The notes: a model not told the origin generated them from the letters alone. Counted from the stretch's first letter, positions 44,960 to 53,942 are shown. The stretch: DNA of 64,000 nucleotides from an uncultured Oscillospiraceae bacterium (GCA_947587025.1 CANPXW010000002.1:3567-67566), one strand, 5' to 3'. Translations and numbers: made by a program.

Positions 44960-45236
44960 ACTGTCCGCTGTCGTAAAAGATCTTTTCCTCCGGCATGACC
45001 AGGCCCAGCTTATCCCTGGCGATGTCCTCGATGGTGGAGGGGTCGTCCTGGTGCTCGATGGCGTACTGGAGCGCGGCGTTTTCCTCCTGTATCTTCTCCA
45101 CCTGCTTTTGCAGCGACGCCTGGGTCTCGTTGGCGTTGGCCACTTTTGTCCGCATATTCATCAGGGTGATACAGGCGTACGCGATCAGCCCTACGATGAC
45201 CAGCGCGGTCATCCAGCTGCTCCTGCGAAACCTCAC
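44958..45236 (-). CDS. divIC: Septum formation initiator (FtsB/DivIC family)
   Basis: TM segment, then coiled coil (LQKQVEKIQEENAALQYAIE) and the DPSTIEDIARDKLGLV motif. GTG start after AAGGAGG. Confidence 0.8.
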   Translation of the reverse strand: MRFRRSSWMTALVIVGLIAYACITLMNMRTKVANANETQASLQKQVEKIQEENAALQYAIEHQDDPSTIEDIARDKLGLVMPEEKIFYDSGQ

Positions 45237-45696
45237 GGCGGACGCCTCCTTTCCTGTGACGGGTGGTTTGTTTCCAATGTGTAACTATTATTGTAAACCA
45301 TTTCCGCCCATTTGAAAAGAGTTTTTTGCCGATTTTTCTGAAAAAAGCCCACATTCGTCCCAGCGGCGCGCTCAAAAGGGCCGCCAGCCAGGCCGCCCGG
45401 CCCCAAACGCAGGCGAAAAACGACCGGCTCACCGGCGACGCCGCGCCCAGCCACAGGGCCAGCCCCAGCGCCATGGTCAGGGCCATGTACAGCCGGGGCC
45501 TGCCCTCCAGGGAGGCCATGCCCCCCGCGAACAGGACCGCCGCCGCTGTCAGGGCGAACAGCCCGTCTCCCGCCCAGGCGGGCAGCCGAGCCCGGTCTCT
45601 GGCGCCGCCCAGCGCGTCGTAGAAAAGGCCCAGCGCCGCGCCCAGCAGCAAAAACCATCCGGCCTGGACCAGCTGCGCTTTGGCTGGAAGCGCCAT
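45010..45696 (-). CDS. yabQ: Spore cortex biosynthesis protein YabQ-like membrane protein; the ORF extends 227 nt into divIC in another frame
   Basis: Position between yabP and divIC, as in the Bacillus yabP-yabQ-divIC order. Four TM segments in the first ~130 aa. The tail is basic, non-membrane and of doubtful function. Confidence 0.6.
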   Translation of the reverse strand: MALPAKAQLVQAGWFLLLGAALGLFYDALGGARDRARLPAWAGDGLFALTAAAVLFAGGMASLEGRPRLYMALTMALGLALWLGAASPVSRSFFACVWGRAAWLAALLSAPLGRMWAFFRKIGKKLFSNGRKWFTIIVTHWKQTTRHRKGGVRREVSQEQLDDRAGHRRADRVRLYHPDEYADKSGQRQRDPGVAAKAGGEDTGGKRRAPVRHRAPGRPLHHRGHRQG

Positions 45697-45980
45697 CAGC
45701 GGAAAAGCCGCCCCAGCAGGCCGCCCCGGCCGGCCTGCCGGTCGTATTCCAGCGCGGCGATCTGCCCGGAGATGTTCAGCTCCCCGCTGGTCTTCTCCAG
45801 CTTATCCACCCGCAGGCCCTCGCCCCGCACGTACAAAAGGCCTTTGGCGGTGCGCACGGCCACCTCGCCCTCGTCGAAGCTCTGCACCTCCTCCACCCCG
45901 CTCATCCACAGCCGGCTGCACTCGTCCATGGTCAGCTTATGGGGCGTCTGGGGCGCCTGCTTCTTTTCCTCATAGGCCAT
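45696..45980 (-). CDS. yabP: Sporulation protein YabP
   Basis: HKLTMDECSRLWMSGVEEVQSFDEGEVAV...GEGLRVDKL matches the YabP pattern. ATG 45980 follows GGGAGGG. Confidence 0.8.
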   Translation of the reverse strand: MAYEEKKQAPQTPHKLTMDECSRLWMSGVEEVQSFDEGEVAVRTAKGLLYVRGEGLRVDKLEKTSGELNISGQIAALEYDRQAGRGGLLGRLFR

Positions 45981-45982
45981 GA

Positions 45983-46026
45983 AAAACCCTCCCATATCTT
46001 TTACCACAAAGATATGGGAGGGGTTT
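45983..46026 (-). terminator. Long hairpin plus T-tract: metG terminator whose 3' arm contains the yabP Shine-Dalgarno
   Basis: The minus strand reads AAAACCCCTCCCATATCTTT GTGGTA AAAGATATGGGAGGGTTTT TC ATG: a 19-bp stem with one bulged C. Confidence 0.7.
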
Positions 46027-46045
46027 TCAATTTATGACCGCTTAG

Positions 46046-46102
46046 GCTCCCTCTGACGAGGGAACTGTCAGCGCCATAAGGCGCTGACTGAGGGAGAGAC
46101 AC
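46046..46102. repeat. Intergenic nested-palindrome repeat, copy B
   Basis: GCTCCCTCTGACGAGGGAACTGTCAGCGCCATAAGGCGCTGACTGAGGGAGAGACAC; same orientation as copy A. It lies between the metG stop and the yabP-proximal hairpin. Confidence 0.8.
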
Positions 46103-46107
46103 TTATA

Positions 46108-48087
46108 TCAGCAAAGCTTCGCTCCCGCCGGGATGGCGTCGTCCACCATCAGCAGATCCAGCTTCTCCTCGCCGTGCTCTTTGTGCACGGCGGAGATGAG
46201 CATGCCGTTGGACGCCAGGCCCATCATCTTCCTGGGCGGCAGGTTCACGATGGCCACCAGGGTCTTGCCCACCAACTGCTCCGGCTGGTACCACTTGGCG
46301 ATGCCGGAGAGGATCTGCCTATCGGTGCCGGTGCCGTCGTCCAGGGTGAAGCACAGCAGCTTCTCGCTCTTTTTCACGTGTGTACAGGCCTTCACCTTCA
46401 CCGCCCGGAAGTCGGACTTGCAGAAGGTGTCAAAATCCACCGGCTCCTCCGCCAGCGGCTCGATCTCCACGGCGGGCAGAGCGGCCTTTTTCGCCGCCTC
46501 CGCTGCGGCGTCCAGTTCGCGGATAGCCGCCTCCATGTCGATGCGGGGGAACAGGTTCTCGCCCTTTTTGGGGGATACCGTCTCCGGCAGAGCGCCCCAC
46601 ACCGCAGCACTGTCCCAAGTCTGGACGGCCTCCGGCGCGTCGATCTGGGCGAAGAGCTTAGCCATGCTCTCCGGCATGAAGGGCGTCAGCAGGATGCCGC
46701 AGATGCGGGTGGTCTCCAGCAGATCATACAGCACATGGGCCAGCCGGGGACCGTTGGCGTCCATATCCTTGGCCAGGGCCCAGGGGGCGTTCTCGTCGAT
46801 ATACTTGTTGGCCCGCTGGATGACCTTGAATATCTCCTCCAGGGCGTTCTGGAACTGGAAGTTCTCCATCTCGGCCTCATACCGGCCCCGCAGGCCGGAC
46901 GCCAGGCCGATGAGCTCCCCATCCGCCTGGGTGGGCTCGTCCCAGTTGCCGCAGCCGGCGGGCAGCTTCCCGCCGAAGTACTTGCCCACCATGGCGGTGG
47001 TGCGGCTGACCAGGTTGCCCAGGTCGTTGGCAAGGTCGGTGTTGATGGTCTGGATCAGCAGCTCGTTGGTGAAGTTGCCGTCGGAGCCGAAGGGGAAGGT
47101 ACGCAGCATGAAGAACCGCAGCGCGTCCACGCCGAACTTCTCCGCCAGGATATAGGGGTCCACCACGTTGCCCCGGCTCTTGGACATCTTCTCCCCGCCG
47201 AAGTTGAGCCAGCCGTGGCCGTAGACCTTTTTGGGCAGGGGCAGGCCCATGCTCATGAGCATGGCCGGCCAGATGATGGAGTGGAACCGGACGATCTCCT
47301 TGCCCACGAAGTGCACGTCGGCGGGCCAGTATTTGTCATAGTCGTCGTACGCATCGTTGTCGAAGCCCAAAGCGGTGATATAGTTGGACAGCGCGTCTAT
47401 CCACACGTACACCACGTGGCCCGGGTCGAAGTCCACGGGGATGCCCCAGGTGAAGCTGGTGCGGGACACGCACAGATCCTCCAGCCCAGGCTTAATAAAG
47501 TTGTTGACCATCTCGTTGACGCGGGAGCGGGGCTGGAGGAAGTCGGTGTTCTCCAGCAGATCGCGCACCCGGTCGGCGTACTTCGACAGCCGGAAGAAGT
47601 ATGCCTCCTCCTCGGCGTCCACCACCTCCCGGCCGCAGTCGGGGCACTTGCCGTCCTTAAGCTGGCTCTCGGTCCAGAAGCTCTCGCAGGGCTTGCAGTA
47701 CTTGCCCTTGTAAGTGCCCTTATAAATATCGCCGTTGTCGTACATCCGGCGGAAGATGCGCTGGATAGCCTTGACGTGATAGCCGTCGGTGGTGCGGATG
47801 AACCGGTCGTTGGAGATGTTCATCAGCTTCCACAGGTCCAGCACGCCCCTGGGGCCGGTGACGATACGGTCCACGAAGGTCTGGGGGTCCACCCCGGCGT
47901 CTCTGGCCTTATCCTCGATCTTCTGGCCGTGCTCGTCGGTGCCGGTGAGGAACATCACGTCGTACCCGCACAGGCGCTTGTACCGGGCCATGGCGTCGGT
48001 GGCCACGGTGCAGTAGGCATGGCCGATATGCAGCCGGTCGGACGGGTAATAGATCGGCGTGGTGATATAGAACTTTCCCTTGCTCAC
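46108..48087 (-). CDS. metG: Methionine--tRNA ligase with C-terminal tRNA-binding (EMAP/Trbp111-like) domain
   Basis: HIGH motif (RLHIGHAY), KMSKS motif (GEKMSKSRGN), Zn knuckle CKPC...CPDC. Confidence 0.95.
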   Translation of the reverse strand: MSKGKFYITTPIYYPSDRLHIGHAYCTVATDAMARYKRLCGYDVMFLTGTDEHGQKIEDKARDAGVDPQTFVDRIVTGPRGVLDLWKLMNISNDRFIRTTDGYHVKAIQRIFRRMYDNGDIYKGTYKGKYCKPCESFWTESQLKDGKCPDCGREVVDAEEEAYFFRLSKYADRVRDLLENTDFLQPRSRVNEMVNNFIKPGLEDLCVSRTSFTWGIPVDFDPGHVVYVWIDALSNYITALGFDNDAYDDYDKYWPADVHFVGKEIVRFHSIIWPAMLMSMGLPLPKKVYGHGWLNFGGEKMSKSRGNVVDPYILAEKFGVDALRFFMLRTFPFGSDGNFTNELLIQTINTDLANDLGNLVSRTTAMVGKYFGGKLPAGCGNWDEPTQADGELIGLASGLRGRYEAEMENFQFQNALEEIFKVIQRANKYIDENAPWALAKDMDANGPRLAHVLYDLLETTRICGILLTPFMPESMAKLFAQIDAPEAVQTWDSAAVWGALPETVSPKKGENLFPRIDMEAAIRELDAAAEAAKKAALPAVEIEPLAEEPVDFDTFCKSDFRAVKVKACTHVKKSEKLLCFTLDDGTGTDRQILSGIAKWYQPEQLVGKTLVAIVNLPPRKMMGLASNGMLISAVHKEHGEEKLDLLMVDDAIPAGAKLC

Positions 48088-48115
48088 GGTGGTTTACCTC
48101 CAAAACGATGTATTG

Positions 48116-50011
48116 TCAAGCGGCGTCGGCAGGCGGCGCCTCGGGGGGCGCCTGCATCTCTGTGTCGGTCTCGGTCTGGATGTCGCCCTGGGTATCGTCC
48201 TCCGGCTCGGTGTATTCCGGCTCGGTATACTCCGGCTCGGTGACGGCAGGCGGCACGTACACATCCTGCTCCTGAACGGGCTCCTGGACCGGCGCCTGGG
48301 TGGGCTCGGGAGTCGCCTGGACTGCCTCCTCCTTGTCATAGGAGCTGTAGGCCTCCTTGGTGGAGCTGATGAGGTTGCCATTGGCGTCATAGACGTTCCG
48401 GTAGGTCTGGGCGTAGTAGTGGGTATCGTCCTCCCAGGTCTCGTTTGTCAGATCCACATAGCTGCCGTCCACGTTGGTGCCCATCAGCCGGATGTTCAGG
48501 TTCCCGTCGGACACCCACGCCTCGATGCGGATGGGGAAGGTGCGGTCGTTCACGAATTTGAAGTTGGGGAAGCCCCAGCTGACGGTGGCGTCCATGCCCC
48601 TGGGCAGATAGGTGACCACGAACTGGTGGCAGTACCGCTCGGTGATGGCGAGATTGGCCTTGACGGCGCAGTAGTACAGGGTAGAGCTGCCCTGGCAGAT
48701 ACCGCCGCCGATGCTCATCACGTGCTTGCCGCCCTCGAACGCGCCGGCCTCCTGATAGCCCTTGGCGGCGGTGCGCTGGCCCAGGCAGGCGTTGTAGTCG
48801 AACTCCTGTCCCGGCTGCAGCACGGTGCCGTTCATGGCCTGGGCGGCCAGGGTGATGTTGTTGATACGGGCGGGGATGGAGCCGTAGAGGGTAGTGCTCT
48901 TTTCCGCCAGCACGTCAGCGAAGAGCATGCCGCCCAGCTTCTCGCTGGTGAGGGCGGGCTCCTCCTTTATAAGGGGTATCACCACGTCCGCGCCGGGAGC
49001 GGCCGCGTCCCAGATCTGCCGGGCCTGGTCCATATCGAAGCGCACCCCGGTGACGCTGTCGGTGATGCCGCCGGTGACCGGGTCGTACATGGCGTCGGCC
49101 GCCTCGGCGTACACCGCGTCGTACAGCTGCTGGAGCACGGCGTCCCGGTCCACGGTCTGGCCCTGCTGCATGCCCTGGGCGATGGGGTCGTATTCGATGT
49201 CGGCGTAGTCCTCCCGCTCAAAGGCGTCCTGGACCATGGCGCACACAGCGGCCACGTCCACGGTCTGCCCGCCGGCGTCCTTGACCAGGGTGATCTCGTT
49301 CTCCCCGATCTGCGCCTGGGTGGCGCCCAGCTTCTCGTCCACCTGCTGGGCCACGGGCGCCACCAGCGCCTCGATGGCGTTCACATCCACCCCGCCGGCG
49401 TCGGCCAGATCCACCCGCATCTGCATCCCGTCGCTGCGGCAGGATAAGTAATCCTTCATATTGGCCAGCAGACTTCCGTCCCGGCCGTAATCGTAGGCCG
49501 CCTGGGCGAACGCGGTGCCGTCCACGGGCTCCAGGCCCAGCTGCTGGGCGGTGACGGTGACGCTCTCCCCGGTGGAGAATTTCACCGTGACGGCGGCGTT
49601 GTCGTATTTATCCGGCGCGTCGCCCAGCAGGGCGGCCGCCTGGTCCACGGTCATGCCGCCCACGGCCACGCCGTTGACGGACACGTTGGGATAAATGGTC
49701 TCGATCTTCGCGACCTTGCTGGCGTAGGCGAACCCGGCCGCCAGGGCCATCACGCCCAGCAGCAGCACCGCCGTCAGGGCGATGAGGGGTATCTTCCACT
49801 TATCCCACAGGCCGGACGGCGCTCTTTCCGGCGCAGGCCGAGGCGCGTCCGGCTGTACGCGCACGGCGGGCCTGGCAGGCGCGGGCCGCTGGCTCTGCAC
49901 ACGGCGGCTCTGGCCGCCGGCGGGACGCTGGGTCTGCCGCTCCGCCGATTCTATCTGTCTCTTTTCCCGGTCCAGCCACTCGTCAAAGCTCAGTCCGTCT
50001 ATCTCCGACAT
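48116..50011 (-). CDS. VanW/YoaR-family membrane-anchored protein
   Basis: Single TM segment after a basic N-terminus. VanW core GGGICQGSSTLYYCA. C-terminal acidic PEYTEPEYTEPE repeats. Confidence 0.8.
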   Translation of the reverse strand: MSEIDGLSFDEWLDREKRQIESAERQTQRPAGGQSRRVQSQRPAPARPAVRVQPDAPRPAPERAPSGLWDKWKIPLIALTAVLLLGVMALAAGFAYASKVAKIETIYPNVSVNGVAVGGMTVDQAAALLGDAPDKYDNAAVTVKFSTGESVTVTAQQLGLEPVDGTAFAQAAYDYGRDGSLLANMKDYLSCRSDGMQMRVDLADAGGVDVNAIEALVAPVAQQVDEKLGATQAQIGENEITLVKDAGGQTVDVAAVCAMVQDAFEREDYADIEYDPIAQGMQQGQTVDRDAVLQQLYDAVYAEAADAMYDPVTGGITDSVTGVRFDMDQARQIWDAAAPGADVVIPLIKEEPALTSEKLGGMLFADVLAEKSTTLYGSIPARINNITLAAQAMNGTVLQPGQEFDYNACLGQRTAAKGYQEAGAFEGGKHVMSIGGGICQGSSTLYYCAVKANLAITERYCHQFVVTYLPRGMDATVSWGFPNFKFVNDRTFPIRIEAWVSDGNLNIRLMGTNVDGSYVDLTNETWEDDTHYYAQTYRNVYDANGNLISSTKEAYSSYDKEEAVQATPEPTQAPVQEPVQEQDVYVPPAVTEPEYTEPEYTEPEDDTQGDIQTETDTEMQAPPEAPPADAA

Positions 50012-50062
50012 GGTCTGACCCTCCTCTTTCTCTATGGCGCAAAGGCCCGTATCTCTGTCTTC

Positions 50063-51301
50063 TCACATCCGGGGGCCGCCGCCGGCCGCGCCGGCCAGCT
50101 CGCCCACGTCCACATCCAGATTCTCCTCTATCCAGGGGTTGCCGCTGATGCGGTACTGGGCCTGGGCCTCCCACAGGGAGCCGATGAGGATATTGCTCAG
50201 CAAAAAGCCCTGGGGAGTGAAGCACCACCGGCCGTCGAATTTCTTCGTCCAGCCGTCCTTCTCGTATTCCTGCAGCAGCGCCTCGATGGGGGCGAAGTCG
50301 CTGCGGTATATCTTTTTGTACTCCTCCTCGCTGATGCCCCGGCTGCGGCGCATGCCCAGCATCAGGTACTCCGCCGCCCGGTCCAGCTCGTCCAGCTTCT
50401 CGTGCTCGTCCAGTATATCGCCGCCCTCGGTGACGCCCTTGATGTAGGCCCGCAGATCCTTGACGAAGCTGAAGCGGGTATTGCCCATACAGGAGTGGGC
50501 TCCGGGGCCGAAGCCCAGGTAATCCTCCATGTCCCAGTACTTCATGTTGTGCCGGCAGGCATGGCCCCGCCGGGCGAAGTTGGACACCTCGTACTGCTGG
50601 TAGCCGTAGTGGGTGAGGGTCTCCACCGTGTACAGATACATATCCGCCTGGTCGTCGTCGGTGGGGATGACGGGACTGTCCTTGTAGTCCCGGTACATGG
50701 GGGTGCCCTCCTCCAGCTTCAGCCCGTAGCAGCTCAGATGGTCCGGCTCCAGGTCCAGCACCTTGGCCAGGGTCTCGGCCCAGTCGGCCTTGGTCTGGTT
50801 GGGCAGGCCGTAGATAAGGTCCATGCTCAGATCGTCGAACCCTGCGGCGCGGATGAGCTTGACGGCCCGTTTGACCTGGGTGAAGTTGTGCCGCCGGCCG
50901 ATGATCTTCAAAAGGTCGTCGCTGGCGGACTGGACCCCCAGGGAGATGCGGTTGACGCCCTCCTTGCGCAGCAGATGCATATCCCGGCTCTTCACGCTGT
51001 CGGGATTGCACTCCACGGTGACCTCGGCGCTCTTGAGCACCTTGCCGGCCCGCTTCAGGCCGTTGAACAGCTCCGCCAGGCGCTTGCCGCCGTAGTAGCT
51101 GGGGGTGCCGCCGCCGAAGTACACGGTATCTATATAGTATGGCGCCATGGTGCTGGCGGCCTCCTGGATATGGCGCAGCAGCGCGTCCTGATACTTGCCC
51201 ATGCTCTTGTCGCAGTTGGCCAGGGAGTAAAAGTCGCAGTAGCCGCACTTGGAGGCGCAGAAGGGGATGTGGATATATATCCCTAGGTGCTTATCTTCCA
51301 T
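50063..51301 (-). CDS. hemW: Radical SAM heme chaperone HemW (coproporphyrinogen III oxidase-like)
   Basis: IHIPFCASKCGYCDF radical-SAM CxxxCxxC motif near the N-terminus. Confidence 0.9.
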   Translation of the reverse strand: MEDKHLGIYIHIPFCASKCGYCDFYSLANCDKSMGKYQDALLRHIQEAASTMAPYYIDTVYFGGGTPSYYGGKRLAELFNGLKRAGKVLKSAEVTVECNPDSVKSRDMHLLRKEGVNRISLGVQSASDDLLKIIGRRHNFTQVKRAVKLIRAAGFDDLSMDLIYGLPNQTKADWAETLAKVLDLEPDHLSCYGLKLEEGTPMYRDYKDSPVIPTDDDQADMYLYTVETLTHYGYQQYEVSNFARRGHACRHNMKYWDMEDYLGFGPGAHSCMGNTRFSFVKDLRAYIKGVTEGGDILDEHEKLDELDRAAEYLMLGMRRSRGISEEEYKKIYRSDFAPIEALLQEYEKDGWTKKFDGRWCFTPQGFLLSNILIGSLWEAQAQYRISGNPWIEENLDVDVGELAGAAGGGPRM

Positions 51302-51307
51302 AGACGT

Positions 51308-52765
51308 TCATTCCAAACTCTTTGTTTCCGCCGGGTCCTCCTCCGGCAGAAAATCCGCCTTTGTGAACCGGACCAGGTCCTCCTTGGAGGGGGCCTCCAT
51401 GGCCGCCACCCGGTCGGCCTGGCGGACCACCATGTCCTCGAACTGGTTGCGCACGTCCCGGCCGTTGCCAAAGTTTTCGTCCCGGCCGGCGTACATCTGG
51501 TCAAAGAACTCCCTGGCGAAGGCCTCCGCCTCCTCGTCCAGCTCGTAGCCGTTCTTTTTGCACTGCATGTGGAAGATGGCGTTGAGCTCTTCCCCGTCGT
51601 AATCGTCGAAAAAGATGTACTTGTTGAAGCGGCTCTCCAGGCCCGGATTGGAGTCGAGGAATTTCTCCATGGGCCCGGTGTACCCGGCCACGATCACCAC
51701 CAGCTCGTCCCGGTGGTCCTCCATGGCCTTCAGCACGGTCTCGATGGCCTCCCGGCCGAAATCGTTCTCTCCGCCGCTGGCCAGGGAGTAGGCCTCGTCG
51801 ATGAACAGCACCCCGCCCAGGGCGGAGGCGATGACCTCCTGGGTCTTGATGGCGGTCTGGCCCACATAGCCGGCCACCAGGCCGGAGCGGTCCACCTCCA
51901 CCAGCTGGCCCTTGGTCAGCGCGCCGATGGCGGCGTACAGCCCGCCCACCAGCCGGGCCACGGTGGTCTTGCCGGTGCCAGGGTTGCCCAAAAAGACCAT
52001 GTGCAGGCTCAGGGGCGGCACGGGCAGGCCGTTATCCCGCCGCAGCTGCCGGACCTTCACCAGGTTCATCATGCTTTTTACGTTTTTCTTGACCTCTTCC
52101 AGCCCCACCAAGCCGTCCAGCTCGGCCATGAGCGCGTCCAGGTCGGGCTTCTCCGCCGGCGCCTCGCCGGCAGCCTTATCCTGTCCCTGGCCCTGGGCGG
52201 AGCCGGTCTGGCCGGCGGCCTGGGGCGGGTTTTTCTCCAGGAAGGAGGGCTGAGCGCTGGTGACGAAGTCCGCCGCCCGCAGACCGGGCTTGCCCTTTTT
52301 CACCCCCGCGCTGTCGCACAGGGCGGTGAGCTTGTCCGCGCACTCGGTGATGTACTCCGCCTCGGCATAAGTCACGTCGTCGTCCACCGCCGCCAGGCAC
52401 AGCAGGATGTTGGTCAGCATCCGCACGAACACCCGTGAGCAGTCGGTGCCCCGCTTGGCGTCCTGCTCGGTGAGGGACCAGAAGAACAGCGGCGGCAGGA
52501 ACGCGCCGCTGTCCGCCACGGCGGACGTGAGCGCCCACAGCAGCCACTTGGGCGGCTGCGCCCCCTTGGAGTATATGGCGTTGAGGGCCTCGGCGTGTTC
52601 CTCGGTCAGACAGGCGCTGCGCGCGAACAGCTGTAGGGCGCAGGCGGTGCAGAACTCGTCCATCTGCCCGGCCAGGCCCCGGCCGGCCGTCTTGTAGAAG
52701 GCCTCCGTATTGGCGATATAGGTCTTGTGCAGCTGCTCCGGAGAGCGCTTCCATTGGGTCGGCAT
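51308..52765 (-). CDS. AAA+ ATPase of the SpoVK/CbxX family with an uncharacterised ~230-aa N-terminal domain
   Basis: Walker A GNPGTGKTT, Walker B VLFIDEAY, and VIVAGY typical of SpoVK/CbxX. Confidence 0.8.
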   Translation of the reverse strand: MPTQWKRSPEQLHKTYIANTEAFYKTAGRGLAGQMDEFCTACALQLFARSACLTEEHAEALNAIYSKGAQPPKWLLWALTSAVADSGAFLPPLFFWSLTEQDAKRGTDCSRVFVRMLTNILLCLAAVDDDVTYAEAEYITECADKLTALCDSAGVKKGKPGLRAADFVTSAQPSFLEKNPPQAAGQTGSAQGQGQDKAAGEAPAEKPDLDALMAELDGLVGLEEVKKNVKSMMNLVKVRQLRRDNGLPVPPLSLHMVFLGNPGTGKTTVARLVGGLYAAIGALTKGQLVEVDRSGLVAGYVGQTAIKTQEVIASALGGVLFIDEAYSLASGGENDFGREAIETVLKAMEDHRDELVVIVAGYTGPMEKFLDSNPGLESRFNKYIFFDDYDGEELNAIFHMQCKKNGYELDEEAEAFAREFFDQMYAGRDENFGNGRDVRNQFEDMVVRQADRVAAMEAPSKEDLVRFTKADFLPEEDPAETKSLE

Positions 52766-52870
52766 CGTTCCTGTCCTCTTTTTCCCATCGCGCTGAAATG
52801 TGCGGTTATGTCTATTATATTACAAAAATTACAAAAAACAAGTATTTTTGTTTCCAAATTGCAAAAAATA

Positions 52871-52899
52871 TGAAAAGTGGACGGCCAGGCCGTCCACTT
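52871..52899 (-). terminator. Intrinsic terminator after the 52917 lipoprotein gene
   Basis: AAGTGGACGGC / GCCGTCCACTT 11-bp stem, followed on the minus strand by TTTTCATATTTTTT. Confidence 0.75.
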
Positions 52900-52916
52900 C
52901 GCATGCTCTATGCCCT

Positions 52917-53729
52917 TCAATCGGCTGTCCTGGCCTGGGGGACCACGTCGGTGATGGGCACGTAGGCGTCCACCGCCGCCTGGGCCAGGGCCATGAAGCC
53001 CTCGTAGGTGGTGGTGTCGTACTGCCGCTCGCCCCAGCGGAACGCGCCCTTGGCCTCATAGCCGGAATCCGCCGCCTCCTGCAGCGCATCCGCCGCCGCC
53101 TGGAAGGCGGACTGGTCGGCCTGCGCGCCGTCCACGATGTACTCCTGGCGCACCACGGCGCCGGTCTCCGGGTCGCTCTCCAGATACTGCTGGCACACGC
53201 TCACCGGCACGAGGATACCGCCCTGGTCGTCGAAGCGGACGAACTCGTCCCAGGCCGTCTCCATGGTGCCGTTGGTGCTGTCCACCCAGAAGCGCCAGCC
53301 GTCGGCCGTATGGCTCAGGCGGAAGGACTCGAAGAAGCTGGCGCACACGCTCACGTCGCTCATATAGTCGGGGGAGAAAGCGCCGGCGGCGCTGTCCAGC
53401 CCGCTGGACACGCACCAGACCCACCCGTCGGACAGGTCGAACAGATGCGCCCCCATATTGGCGGACGCGCCCTGGTCGAACACCACCAGCTCCGGGGTGC
53501 CGTCCAGATCCAGGTCGATGAAGCCGAAGCCGCTGACGCCGTCGGGCCACAGGGCGGAGAAAATATCGAAGCAGTCCTCCAGGAAGGTCAGATACCCCTG
53601 CTGCCAGTCCTCAGCGGGCCGGGGCAGGGTCAGCGTGTCCTCCGCCGCCGGCGGGGCCGAGGCCCCACAGGCCGCCGCCATGCACATGACCAGCACCGCC
53701 ACCGTCAGCACCGCGCCCAAAGCTCGCAT
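52917..53729 (-). CDS. Hypothetical lipoprotein
   Basis: Signal peptide with lipobox-like MAAAC. No family recognised. Confidence 0.5.
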   Translation of the reverse strand: MRALGAVLTVAVLVMCMAAACGASAPPAAEDTLTLPRPAEDWQQGYLTFLEDCFDIFSALWPDGVSGFGFIDLDLDGTPELVVFDQGASANMGAHLFDLSDGWVWCVSSGLDSAAGAFSPDYMSDVSVCASFFESFRLSHTADGWRFWVDSTNGTMETAWDEFVRFDDQGGILVPVSVCQQYLESDPETGAVVRQEYIVDGAQADQSAFQAAADALQEAADSGYEAKGAFRWGERQYDTTTYEGFMALAQAAVDAYVPITDVVPQARTAD

Positions 53730-53863
53730 CGGACTCGCCTCCTACAGGATTATGTAAATTGACTTATCTGTATTATATCCGCCGCCGCCGGGAAAAGTAA
53801 AGGGCCGCCGGGAAACTGTAATAACTTGTAATTAACATAATCCCGCAATCTCTGCCTCAGGGC

Positions 53864-53892
53864 TTGACAGCGGGGGAAAAACGTGGTAGATT
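53864..53892 (+). promoter_or_regulatory. Sigma-A-type promoter candidate for htpG
   Basis: TTGACA (53864-53869), 17-nt spacer, TAGATT (53887-53892). Confidence 0.6.
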
Positions 53893-53917
53893 AGCACTCG
53901 GATAAAAAGAGTGCTAA
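53891..53917 (+). promoter_or_regulatory. CIRCE element (HrcA operator)
   Basis: A perfect match to the consensus TTAGCACTC-N9-GAGTGCTAA, overlapping the -10 box. Confidence 0.9.
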
Positions 53918-53942
53918 TCGCCTGGAAAGGAAGCGTATCTAT

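Noticed and set aside
39885-46102. Compensatory base changes between the two repeat copies as evidence for a structured RNA.
   Set aside because: Checking the outer CTCCCTC/GAGGGAG pairing of copy B against copy A showed a mismatch and a G-U pair rather than covarying pairs. Two copies are too few to claim covariation.
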